Shown: positions 23,637 through 37,099 of the stretch, in pieces | Position numbering within the stretch: position 1 is the first letter of the stretch | Layout of the letters: each line of letters begins with the position of its first letter | DNA from: Zygnema circumcarinatum SAG 698-1b | Lineage: Eukaryota; Plantae; Zygnematophyceae | DNA: 64,000 bases | Direction of reading: 5' to 3' | NCBI GenBank assembly: GCA_037447605.1 | Contig: CM074811.1 | Coordinates: forward strand, 744,001-808,000 | Program-made: the position numbers and the translations under genes | Notes under the pieces: model-generated | Database searches by the model: none | What the model saw: the letters and a program-made list of their open reading frames with translations, nothing else | What the model was told of the DNA's origin: nothing

Positions 23637-26078
23637 TCCATAAATTCGACATCCGAAACTCGTCCCGTACCGATTCGTACCGTCCCACGCCTTTCTGTAT
23701 TGTATCGTATCGTACCGTAACAGTGAGTACCATATCGTATCGTATCGTATCACATTTTACCTTCCCATACGGTACAGAGTGCGGAAAACTTGGGCCTGTA
23801 CGGAGCCGCCCGCGGGCCGTCCAAGCGCCGCTGTAAGGACCGGATCCGCACCGTCCGACAGGTGCCCGCCCGCCTGCCGCCCGCCGTCCAAGAGCGGTCC
23901 GTACGAAATCACACGGCTCCGGGTACAGTACAGTACAAACCTCCAAGCAGGCACAGTACAGTACGGTCTTTTGTCGGCGCGCCGCCTCGCGGCCAGGATA
24001 CGTACTCGTTTGTCGTATCAAACAAGAGAACGATCCGGCGGTTGCGCCTGGCCACTTGCGGGCGGGGCCGCAATGATGCCGGCGGGGGGGAAAGCGTACG
24101 GCGGTCACAAAACGGGGGGACTGCCGTACGATGGGATACGCCAGCAGGTGCGTAGTGATGTCAGCCCTAGCAAGCTTTCGTCAGGAGTTTTTGAGTTCCA
24201 ACTATGTGAACGGGATAGATGACGTCATCAACAAACCCGGAGGCAAAAAACTGGTTTCTGGTTTTTGGTCTCGCGTTGGATACGGTAGTGAAATGGGAAA
24301 ATTGTCAGATCTACGACAGCTACCGTTCGGATGCTGGATTTTTTCAGCGGCATCCGAGCGGGTAAAATAAAACTGGCCGGGCAAAAGGGGGTCAAACTCG
24401 GGTAGGCCAACTTTTGACCCGGCATGCATATGTGTAGTTTTACAGCAGTTCTACAAAAAATAACCAGTTAAGTTAAGAGAATAAACTGGAAACTATAATG
24501 GGTCCCAAACGCACATGGAAATTCCTCTTCAACTTGGTTCCCCGTTAAACACGGTCAAAGTTTTACTGCGGAAAATTCGCCGTTCGTTCTTTGCAAGGCC
24601 AACACGTGTTAATGAGACAAAAGTATGACGTATGCGTGACGCCTCTGTACGCTTTCCCAAAGACCCCGGAAAGAAATTCTTCCACGGATTCCCCGCCAGC
24701 TCCCGTCCGTACAACGACTTGTGCGCGGGCCTGCCCGACGCTTGTGTCCAAGACTCGGGCAGAAGCTGGTTTTCCGGGCAGGATATCCACCAATCAGCGC
24801 GACCTCGGGCAGTCTTTGGCTTGCGCGGCCTTTCTTGCACGTACCATAAATCCATAATGTAACATCCATGGATTTTTTTCGGGCAGACGAAAATATTCCC
24901 TGCCCGAAATTGACCTCCCCCTTTTAACGGCCGCCACGCGGCCTTCAAAAAATTTCTTAAAATGTGCGGCTGTCACGTGCCACCACGAGGGTGGTCCACG
25001 TGGCTACCCCTCTTTCGTTGAAATCCTGCCGCCGTGGCATGAAAACTGTTTCCCTCCGCACGTGTCACACCGTGCTCGCACGTGCGGTCCAACCGAATAC
25101 GGACCTCCGTCCACACGTGCGACGACTGTTTTGTACCGCCCCCGTTCTGCCATCATGTCCCCTCGCATGTGCGAGGGATTCCCCGGAAGCGTTGCAGAAA
25201 ACGACAGAAAATTGGTCAAATTTGTCGATCCCCTCGATTCTGCTTTTGTCCATACGGGTAGATTTCCGTACCATGGTCCCTACGTGGCGCAATCGAAACT
25301 CGCCACGCGGTAAAGCTCCTTCCCTGGCCGTACTGTTTGTACGGCTTTGTTCGGCAGGTACGACAACGACTCCCGCCAGGTGGCACGTCGCCCATCGCCG
25401 CCAGCACTACCCGCCAACGGCCGTAAATGTACCATTCGTCCTGTCCTATTTCTCAGCCAATTTTTTCCGTACACGTTGTCCGTATGTCACAGATCCTCCC
25501 GCCTGCCGTACACTTCCCCCCTGTTCCCGTCCAACCCTGGCCGCCCGCCCCCCCTCCTTCCGTACACTTACCGATTACTTTCCAACCCCCTCCAAAACCC
25601 TCCAGCGCCGGCCAAATCCTTAGCCGGCAACTTTTCACCGGCAATTTTCCTCCGTCTATCACCCGGATCTCCGGCCTGCTCGCCACGTGCCTCCTCCGAC
25701 GGCCCAAATTCCTCCCTCTGCCATCGCGCCGGCTGGTCTGCGCGAATCGAGGGTCCCCTCCCTCCGCCCCCGCCCCCGCCCCTGCCGGCCGGCTAGAGGC
25801 CGCCAGCTGGCGCCAGCCTGCCTCCCCCCGCTCGCCCTCCGATGGGGGTCCCTCCTCGTGCGATCTCCGCGCGACAGCTGGCGCCGATGGCTGCCTGCGG
25901 GAAGGAGGCGGGCGGGGAGGGGGCTGGGGACGGGACGGGGCTTTAGGAGGGAGGGAGAGAGGTGGGAGAGGAGGGAGAGAGGAGGGAGAGAGGAGCGGGA
26001 GGGAGGGAGGGTGCAGGCAGAGGGGGGAAGGATTGAGAGGTACGACAAAGTTAGGGTTAGGGTTGGGGTTGGAGGTGC

Positions 26079-29007
26079 ATGGCGCCGCCGCGCGCCTTTC
26101 TGATAAAGAAGGCGGCGGGAGGCGAGCCGGACTCGCCGCGGTCCGTGCTGGACGAGGCGGTGTCGCCCTCCTCGGGGTCGGAGGAGGCAGGGGGAGTGGG
26201 CGCGGACTCGCACGTCTGGAGAGGGAGGGGAGCGAGAGGGGAGGGGCGAGGGGGGAGGTCCAAGTCAGAGGTTTTGGGAAGGATCGACTTTAGGTCAACG
26301 ACGGCGGCGGTGTCGCCAGAAAAGGATGGGGAGGGGCGGGATGTGGTGAGTGAGAGGAGTGGACGAAGGGAGAGGTTGGGAGAGGGGCAGAAAAGGAGCA
26401 AAAGCAGTGGGAGGGCGGCCGAGGAGGAGAAGGAGAAGGAGAAGGAGAAGGAGAGAGCGGGAGGGTGGGCGGGACGTCTGTGGGGCAGGTGGCGCAAGGA
26501 GCCTCCTCCCCCTCTTGCCGCTGCTCCCAAGGTCCCAGCGACGGCGGAAAAAGGTGTTCCTTCTGCCAAGCACCTCCGCCAGTTCGGTTTCTCATGGGGG
26601 CTCGGATGCGGAGCTGAGGCGGATTTTCTGAACGGCGAGCATTTAGACAGTCCTGAGCAACGGAATGCAGAACTGCAGAAAAATCGCTTTCATTCAGGGG
26701 AGAAGCCGGCGCTCAGACGCTCATACACCTCATTTGGTCTCTTGGGAGAGCGTGGGAAGGGCACTCCCGCAGTGAGAGGGCCGCTCAGCTCCGTTTCTGG
26801 GCCTCTCGTATTGCCCACTGGAAAGGGAACTGCTAATGGGGTACAAATGGGGATAGGTGGGCCCTCCAGCAAGAATGTGGTTTCGCCCGCGGGTGAGGAG
26901 AGGAGTGTGGGAGGGGGCGAGAATGCAGAGAAGTTTTCGTACTTTGTGGAGCCATCTTCGGCCGATTATGGGGAGCTTGTGCGGTGCTTGAAGGGGGGAG
27001 GCAAAGAGAAGGAGAGAGAGAAGAAGAGGGAGGCGGCGCGGGTCGTGAGAGTGCTCGCCCGCACCTCCCCAGAGGCGAGAGTAAAGTTTGCAGACGCGGG
27101 AGCTATCCCGCCCCTTCTCGCGCTTATGGAGGGAGAGGACATGGAGGGAGTGGAGAATGCTGCTCTTGCGCTCTGCAATTTGGCCATCGGAAATGCGAGG
27201 TATGTAGAATTCCCTTTTCTTTTTTTAGACATTTGTTTAAAAGCCCTGGGAATGTCCTTGGATGTCGTTTTGTGGCTCCACCCTCCCCCCTTCGATCCTT
27301 TTTTTCTTGGGATGTTTCTTTGCTCTGATCTCCGTTGCAGTCTTCCTCTCTTTTATGCTCAGTTTTGGTTGTTTTCACTTGCTGCTTCTCTGCATTGTTG
27401 CCGTCCTTTTGGCTTCTTTATTCGATGGATTGTTTGGTGGACCTTTTGGGATTTCTTTCTGTACAGATACTGTGTATCTTTGTGGATCTGCAAATGGCGG
27501 GGACATTGCAGATCCTCTGTGAATGGTTTAGGTTGTATTGTTGAATTCAAATCGATCTTGGTTCTATTCTTTCAGCCACTTTGTCTTAGCTTGCATCGTT
27601 CTCCGATCTTTATGTAGATCAGTCTTTTTCCTTCCTGTTTTGATCTTCTTCCTTCGTATAGTCTCTTCCTCCCGCCGCTTCCCTGCATCACTCTCATCCT
27701 TGTGGTCCCTCCCACTGCTCCTCCCTCCCATCCTTCCCTCACTTCTCCCTCTTCTCTCTTCTTTATCCCTGAAATCATATCCTTTTCTGTCCTTCTCAAA
27801 CACCCTTCTCCCCCCCTGACCTCTCCCACCCCACTCTCTCCCACTCTCTCCCACCTCCTCCCCTCCTTTCTCCCCTATCCTCCCCTCACCTGGTCATCTT
27901 GCCCCCCTTCCCCCTTATTTCTTCTCCTCCTCACTCTCTTCCTCCACCCCTCTGGATGGAATGCTGCCGAAACGCGCCTTCTTGGCCTCTCATTCCGTTC
28001 CCACTCTTCCCTTCTCTCCCTCCATGTCTCCTCCCTCTCTCTCACACCCTTTCCCTCTCCCTCCCTCTCTCTTCACACCCTCCCCCTCCTCCCTCTCCAT
28101 CTCCCTCTCACACCTTTTCTCTCCCTGCAGAAACAAGGAAACGATGGTAAAGGGCGGCGCCATTCAACGCCTTGTGGAGCTATTGCGCTGCCCCGTCCTC
28201 CCCGCGAGAGAGGCTGCCGTAGCGGTCCTCCTCACTCTCGCAGCGGGAGAAGAACACAAAGCAGTGATAGGAGAGGCGGGAGGCATCCCTCTCATCGTCA
28301 ATCTCCTCTCGTTCGGAACTGCCCAGGGGCGTTGTGATGCTGCACACGCCCTCTATAACTTGGTGGGCTGTGAATGTAACCGCTCAAAAGTACTTAGCGC
28401 GAAACCCATTCCGGGGCTTTTGGGTGTTCTAGAAGCTTCTCCAGAGATTCAAGCTGCGGAGAAGGCAGTAGCAGTGATTTACACTCTCACAGCGGTAGAG
28501 GAAGGGAGAGTGGCACTGGTGGAGGCTCCCACAGCTGTTCGTGGGTTGAGAGCTGAGATTGAGAGGGGTTCAGAGAGAGGGAGAGAGGTTGCGGTTTCGG
28601 CTCTTTTAGCTGCTTGTGCTCAGTCAAGGAAATTCTGCCACTTAGCAGTAGAGCTGATCCCTGTTCTCATGCAGCTCACTGCTGTAGAAAGTTCTACTCG
28701 CCTCCGTGTTAAGGTGAAGCAGCTTCTCAAATATTTGGAGAAGCCGGGGTCCGCTCCCATAGTGATGGTTTCTGCTCCAAGAAAGCTGGAAATTCCGCAA
28801 CGTGCCGCCTCCTCCTCTCTATCTCTCTCTCCTGCAGGCTCGGCCAGTCCTCAAAGCCCCTCCTCTCCCGGCCTGTTGAGAAGGGGCCACGAAGAGTTCA
28901 TGAGTGAGAGTGTAGTAGTGAGAGAGATGGCCAATGAGAGTATGAGAGGGGCTATGAAGCAGATCAAGCTGAGGGCGAAGCTTGGGGTGGAGGGGCGCTG
29001 TACTTGA
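26079..29007 (+). CDS. Armadillo (ARM)-repeat protein with a long low-complexity N-terminus, 2 exons, ~665 aa
   Basis: Exons 26079-27199 and 28131-29007 (phase-2 junction AG|A). ARM repeats: AGAIPPLLALM..VENAALALCNLAIGNARNKETMVKGGAIQRLVELL..AGGIPLIVNLLSFGTAQGRCDAAHALYNL. No U-box recognised. Confidence 0.88.
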
Positions 29008-31475
29008 TATTGTGGGCCGGATTGGCCCTTCTTGTAATTGTAGACGGATGTGGATGGGAGGGAGGAAGGACGGGAGAAGGGGAGAGGAGAGAGGGGTATG
29101 TGGGAATTGTGTTTGGGAAGAAGAATTGAACGACAGAAACATCACTGCAGGACTACTTCATGTGGTGTTGAAGGCCAAGGGTTTGGGATAGGGAGAGATG
29201 AGGGAGGAGAAAGAGCAAAGCACACTCCTGGTGGTTTTGTTTGGAGCGAGAGGGGAGAGAGAGGTGAGACGAGTAACCTTCAGTGGGAGGAGGAGGAGGC
29301 AATAGGGACAGTGTATATTGGACGAGGTTTGTTACTGCAGAGCGGCGAACGGACTTGAGACATGGGTCTCTCATTGGGCCTATTTACACCAGAAGCCATT
29401 CTGGTTTGTATTTGTATACTGTTACTTTCGAATTGAATGGAACGGGATGGATACACAGTCTATGTGACCTTGCCTAGACAGGAGGGAGGGGTAAACAGGT
29501 CTAGAAGTAGGTTATAGTGAGCTCAAAATTTAGTTGACTTGAGAGTTTTTTTGTCTTTTGTTATGTGTGTGCATAGAACAGATGTTCAGAAATCTAGCAT
29601 TCGCGTCTCTCACAGAGTGGCGCGGCAATAAGTCGCCCGGCAAAATCTGTGAGATAGAAGCAGCGGTCAAACGGTGCAGCCGTCATTGAACGGATGTGGG
29701 AGCATAGAGAACTTCTTGAGTTGGTCAGAAATGCGGTCTGTCTGTCTGCCTGTCTCAAGACGGTCTTTAGGGAGGGGCAGCGCAGCCGCTTGTATTGTCT
29801 CCATTCTCAAAATTTAACTCTTTCAGATCGGCTGCCTCGCCCATGGCTAGTCAGTGGTCAGGTAGCTCTCTCTCTCTCTCCCTCTCTCATCCCTCTTCCC
29901 ACTCCTTTTCCATCTTCACCTTCCCTCTACAGCCCCTTCCTCCCCCTTCTCCCCCCTCTGCCCCCCTCTCCTTCCCGCTCCCCTTCCCTTGCCACTCTCC
30001 CTCCCCACTCCTCACCCCCCACCCCCTCTCTCTTCTCTCCCTGTTCCCCCCTCTCCCTCTCCCGCCCTCTCCTTCTCCCCTTCCCCCCGTCCCTCGCTTC
30101 TCTCCCTGTTCCCCCCTCGGCCTCTCCCCCGCTCTCCTCCTCGCCCCTCCCCTCTGTCTTTCCTCCGTTTCTCCTCTCTGCTGGAAGGCGTGATCTGTAT
30201 TTCAGGGCACAACAAACAGGACACGAAGTTGAGCTAAGTTCTTGCAAGTGCCTGATGCTCGGAGGCCGAATCCTGACTACACGTGTCATGGCGTAGAAGC
30301 CCGACTTCCAATACGATGGCCAGGATCTGCTGCAAACTAAAAGTAGCAAACTCTAGAACAAACAAGTCAACATCGATTTTTGAGCCATGAATTCCAAGCT
30401 GACAACATTCTTGAATGGTTTATCGAATGTTGAACAACTTCATTGCGCATTGTGACATTGGTCCTAGCCATGATATCCACCAGAACAACAACATAACATG
30501 CAATAGCATCCCATCATCATCATCACCTCATCGTCAATTTCTTCCAATAACATGAGATGCGATGAAGTCAAGCATTCGGGCCGCATTCTGGACCTCCCGC
30601 TCATTAAGTTTGCAGTTTCGATGTTCTTTCTTAGGTCCTTTGCGGCCAGTTCTTCGTGGTTCTCCATGCGACTTTGTCCATGTACATTTGATGGCATCAT
30701 CATGGCCATCTCTAGGCCAATGCCACATCACCTTCTTTCGATGACATCGAACAAAAGTGGTTCGCATGGTCGCAAGGTGCAACAACAAAATCTTCACACC
30801 TGCGGGAGAGGGCTCCCATTGGCCACTGCGGATTCGCGTTCTGCTTCAGCCAGCAACGAACTCTTCTCGCGTTTGGAGGTCGTCCGTTCAGACCATCTGA
30901 GCGGCCTTAAATGGCACCGACATCCCCCGGGGGCCGTCCGTACGCCCGTGCGAAAGTCCATAAAATTCTTTACAAAAATAAATAAATTTCCCCTGACGAG
31001 TTTATTGCCATTTGGAAAGCATTCAAACATTTATTTCTGCCCAATTAATGTTTTTTAACCCAATGGGAGAGCCGTATGGACCCTAAAAAAGTTTTCACCA
31101 GAACCGAGACGAAGCACGATTCGTCGAAACATTTTTTTTGTGCCCTACTTTGTTTTTTATGTGCCCTTTGTCTGCTCGTGTGCTCATTATCGACCGTCCG
31201 ATATTGACCGCTTAGATTGGGCGTCCCTGGACCGTCAGATCCCTGCCCTGCCCTGCCCTGCCCTTCCGGGGGGCGGACCGCCTGGTTGGTTGGTTGGTGC
31301 CGGCCAGGACCCTCCCTGAAAGAGCAGGTCCTCTGCTTCCTGCTACTGCTTGCGGAGGAGAGGAAGGAGAGAGAGAGAGGGAGAGAGGAGAGGGAGAGAG
31401 GAAATTTGTAGGTGGAGAGGAAGGAAGAAGGGGGAGAGGAAACTGTGTGTGAGGTCGATTTGAAGAGCAGGCAGC

Positions 31476-32922
<1,447 letters not shown>

Positions 32923-34851
32923 TTGAATGCCCACTTCCTTCCAGTTTTATTCTCCGTCTATGAGGGTATTCGACTCCTCTGCTTCCCGTTGTCCTTCTAT
33001 TGAGCACAGGTTACTTAAAATAGAGCAACTGCTGTGTCTTACCTCAAAAAGGTTAATGTTGTGCCTCAGTGAGTCTAATCCACCTATTGTGTGGGAGATG
33101 GAGCACCTCCCCTCATGGATGTTTCAGAGCTGGCCCCTTTGGAATGGTCGGATATGTAAATGATGGTGACTTACTTGGCTATTCCACCTCGCTGTCGTTC
33201 CCGGGCGTAATTGACGTCACTTCTATCTCTCATTGAAAATAGATGAAGCGTGGTTATGGTTGTGGTTGATCAGTTTCACCGTGTCTTGCTGATGATCTCA
33301 AAGGCTGTCTGTAGAAGATAATATTGTTCTGTACCGTAGAGGCATGAGATCAAGCTCAAAGCAAACGCATATGGTCCTTCCCTTTCTGTCTGCAGTTTGC
33401 TTGCAGAGTCGGCCACCACTAGCGACAGCTTCTCGCTATCGTTGAAGGAGGCAGTTCAAGTTTTCACTTTTGTTTACTTCAAAATCAGGTCCTTCTGTAG
33501 GTCTTAAGGGTTTCTTCTTTCTCATGGGGCTTTTGCTGAATTTGTAGCCGTCAGCTTGTTTGTGAATGGACACCGGCCTGGATGTGCCTCTTGAACAGAA
33601 ACAAGAGTATTTATTCCACATCTTCGTCTCTGTCGAATGCGACAATGACATTGAAATGGATGCTGTCTGAAAGGGCAGCACCCAACCATCCGTTAACAAT
33701 CTTAAAACCATTGATTGGGCGGCTCAACCAACCTCGGTCAATCTCTTCTGTGATAGGTAGGTCAACCCAACCAACTTCTGCCAATGTTTGCAACCAATGG
33801 CCGGCCTACCCTAAGCGATCAATGATGTGTCTCTGTTTGAGGCCGACGGTTGAAGGGCTGACCAGTGTAGGGTTGAGTGACACTAGTTCTCGAGGTGCAA
33901 TGCCTTTGCTAGTGGTTGCACAGAGGGTATAGCTCTCATACTATGGACGCTTTCTCCATACGAGGGTCTCTAACTAACAAAGTTTCACACTTCTGGATGT
34001 TGAAATTAGAACTAGTTTTACTGCGCACTTAGTAACAGCGAAATAAGTACTGTTCCTTCAAAACAAATTCTCGAAATTCAGATCTGGGAGCCTCCCACTC
34101 TGCCTGTCTCGCTCCCCTCCCTCCCTCCCTCCCTCCCTCCCCCCCCTTCCTTTCCCCATTTTCCCCTACTAGGTGGTGACTTTAAATTCTGAACATTGTA
34201 AAAGAAGAAAGAGGGGCGCTCCGCGGGGTCTGTTCAGTTGTATTTGGATAAAAAAGAAAAGCCTCATTCCAATATACACAAAAGGGTCGACATCCATTGA
34301 AGGAACCTTGAGAGGCATGGGCCAACTCCAGGTTGCCTTGAACAGGTTTTGTTTGATGTGCCTAGCTCTGATCGGCTCATGAAATACACCGTACCTTCAA
34401 TGGATATCCACCCAAACTCCAGAAGTGGAGGGTTGCCGAACAAAGGAATTCCCGCTTACTCTTCTATTGTCTAGAAAATTTCCATCACAAGGCAAAAGAA
34501 ACATGCATTTGATTACCGATCAAAGGAGAAAACGGTGTGCAGTTACTTGATACCAGAAACTGGAATTGAAAATCCTCGAGGGGCTTCAGCATGCTGCTGA
34601 CCTTCCTCGAAGGTGCCAAAGTACTATAATAGGGTTGGAGGGGACCGAAGCGACATACCAAAACACACACACCATACAAATAGCCCTAATATTAAAAGGA
34701 CGTTTTGATAGTTCAAGCTCGGGGTTGAAGGAAGGTAAAACTGCTCTTTTCCTAATCGATTCTTACAACACAACATCAAGTCTATGTAGCGCTTCCATCT
34801 AAGCTTTACAAAGAGAGCGGAGAGAGGGGCGAAAGAGAAAGAGGGAGTTTC

Positions 34852-36052
34852 TTACCGATTGAAAGGCATTGACGAGTGATTCGGAAAGTAGCTCAGGGAG
34901 GGAGCCCAGGGTACTTGCATTCTGGATACATGAGGCATTTCGTGCTGAAAAACTAAGGGCTGTTGAAAGGGAATGCCTGCACTGTAGTGAGAACCGTATC
35001 CGAAGTACTGCTGGAGAAGAGCAGGATCTGGAGGAGGGAAACATGCAACACATGAAGGGACAAATTTACAGGCAACATGCGAACGCTCACGCTCACGCTA
35101 ACACAATTGCATTCGCATTGACATGTTTTGTTATGGCAAGGAGATGCTGAGAAGCATTAAACTTACCTCCTTGTGAAGTCGACGATAAGTGACTATGAAG
35201 TAAAGGAGAATAACCAGGCATTGCCGAGGAAGAGAGAAGTGGTGCAGAACGGCTCTGTGGTAGAGGCGCCATCGATGGAAATCCGAACGAGGTATCGTGA
35301 GGTGCATCAAGATCTCGACCATTCAGAGCTTTCTCTTTTTCAGCAGAGCCAGCTGAGGTGCGGCCTCCATCAGAGAGCTGTAATGAGAGTGGGGACAAGA
35401 GGGACATAGAACCATCAATGCAAGAAATCTAGCACCAACATTGAAAGAAAGTTAACATAGTCTAAGTTATCAAATAATGTAGCATTCAATTAGGGAAAAG
35501 GCTAAAAGAACTATGCAGACATGATACACAGGCAGACATGCAAGACAATACTGCAACTTGGCGATGTAAAAAAACGGCCACTATCACAACAATTTTCTTT
35601 GCAAGCTACCACAGTGCACTCAAAACGTACCGCAAAGCGAACAGTGCGCCCGAAGAGAGTGACAAGGCCAGAGAAGAGCTTGATAGCATACTGAGCTCCA
35701 ATCTCTGTTTCATATTCGGCAAAACCATAGCCCTTGGACTTCTTACTCTCCTTATCTTTGATGATCTTCACGCCAGCCAAAGGACCTGCTTCTATCATGA
35801 TGTCATAGAGAATGCGCTCCGTCACCCGCTCGTCCAAATTTCCTGTTCAAATTGGACCATAGCTGAGGTATCTGAGCGAAACAATATATAGAGTTTTAAT
35901 GTAGTTGAAACAGAAGAAACGAGGGATGAGGCTGACAGCCGCTGCCTGCAGCATATCCGAAAAGACAAAAAATAAATGAAATAACAAGGGGAAAACGAGA
36001 ATTGGAAGCAATAAGACTCACCGCAAAAGACTGACACCGAAGAGCCGGACAT
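34852..36052 (-). CDS. RBM7: Single-RRM RNA-binding protein, RBM7-like (NEXT exosome cofactor), 4 exons, ~209 aa
   Basis: Exons 36052-36022, 35842-35631, 35377-35167, 35027-34852. RNP2 VFCGNL, RNP1 KGYGFAEY, and YAIKLFSGLVTLFGRTVRFA resemble plant RBM7. The 3' end is less certain because the stop overlaps a GTAAG donor-like site. Confidence 0.75.
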
Positions 36053-36394
36053 GGCGGTCTGTTGGAGCCAAAAGATAGGAGAAGGAATTCGTATTGAAAG
36101 GTGCGAATTACCGAACCCTGCCTATATGAAGGCGGTTCAGACTGCCTGCTTAGCTCCAAAACTCTAGAAGAAAAACACATATGCACTGCAACCAAGGTTC
36201 ACTTCCACGCTAATTCAGAGATATTACGATTCCAGAACTGCATTTTAGAATTCATTGATGCATGTCAGGGCACAGAGGAACTTTTGTAATCTAGAAGTGC
36301 CATTACGGCTGTATTTTCATATTGTAGGGATGCCTTTTTGCAGGTTCCTCCAGGGCTCTCACAGCTGAAGTGCAGCGCTCAGAGCAGGGCAGGC

Positions 36395-36595
36395 ACTGTA
36401 TCGTATCGATACGATATGGCACCTGATTCACCATACCGTATCGTATTTATCTCGTCACTATCAGTACGATATATCCAGTACGATTTTCAATGCAATATTC
36501 AGTACAATATCAATACCGTAGGATATTTAATACAGTACAGTATTCAGTACGGTTTTCAGTACGGTATTCAGTACAGTACAGTACAGTACCTCGAT
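36395..36595. repeat. Degenerate pentamer array (CAGTA/CGGTA/CGTAT) rich in GTAC cores
   Basis: For example TTCAGTACGGTTTTCAGTACGGTATTCAGTACAGTACAGTACAGTACC. Similar tracts at ~10390-10460, 10870-10995, 23660-24010 and 63580-63715. Confidence 0.75.
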
Positions 36596-37099
36596 TTTCT
36601 ACACGGGAGTTTCTAGAGTTTCGTGGTTTCTATTCGCACTGAGCACGCGCCTAGTCTTATAAAAGTCCAGACTCGTGGCCTGTTCTCATTGCATATTGTG
36701 CGCAATAACACATGTGAAAGAAAGAAAGAAAGAAAGAAAGAAAGGATGTATGTTTTACGTCATAGATTGCTCACATTAACTGGATTTAAGTTTTATTACC
36801 AGTTTTGTGGAGTTTGCACACACCTTTAGAGCCTCACAAGCTGAACCAAACATGCACATTCGCCAATCATGGCACAACAAATCGACGAGGACAATAGTCA
36901 TTTCCTGCACCACGCAAAGGTAGCACTAGAGCTAACCATCGGGTTGGCTCTCCTCCTTCATCGTTGAACAAAAACAAAGAAAACCTTCCATTTAACAATT
37001 TACAACATTCTATAAACATGCCCCCCAGAGCAAGGTATCGGAAGTGTTCCCAAAGTACCCAAAAAAGATATTCGGCTGAGATTACTTCTTTTTGAAAAA

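Noticed and set aside
22830-23650. Target-site duplication for the MULE-like element
   Set aside because: The flanks (TTGTACGGTC vs TAAATTCGAC) share no 8-10-bp direct repeat at the boundaries I tried.
23320-24108. 262-aa minus-strand ORF
   Set aside because: It runs through pentamer repeats and a TIR, giving RYDT-type repeat translation rather than a protein fold.
25427-26293. 288-aa ORF and overlapping antisense ORFs upstream of the ARM gene
   Set aside because: These are low-complexity products of GC- and GA-rich sequence with no domain.
27200-28130. Hydrophobic continuation of the 512-aa ORF and the Pro/Ser-rich start of the 348-aa ORF
   Set aside because: Both are intron read-through; a phase-2 GT-AG intron joins the ARM repeats cleanly.
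33400-33960. Short ORFs between 14-3-3 and RBM7
   Set aside because: They have no consistent splice structure or recognisable motif and are likely 3' UTR or intergenic.
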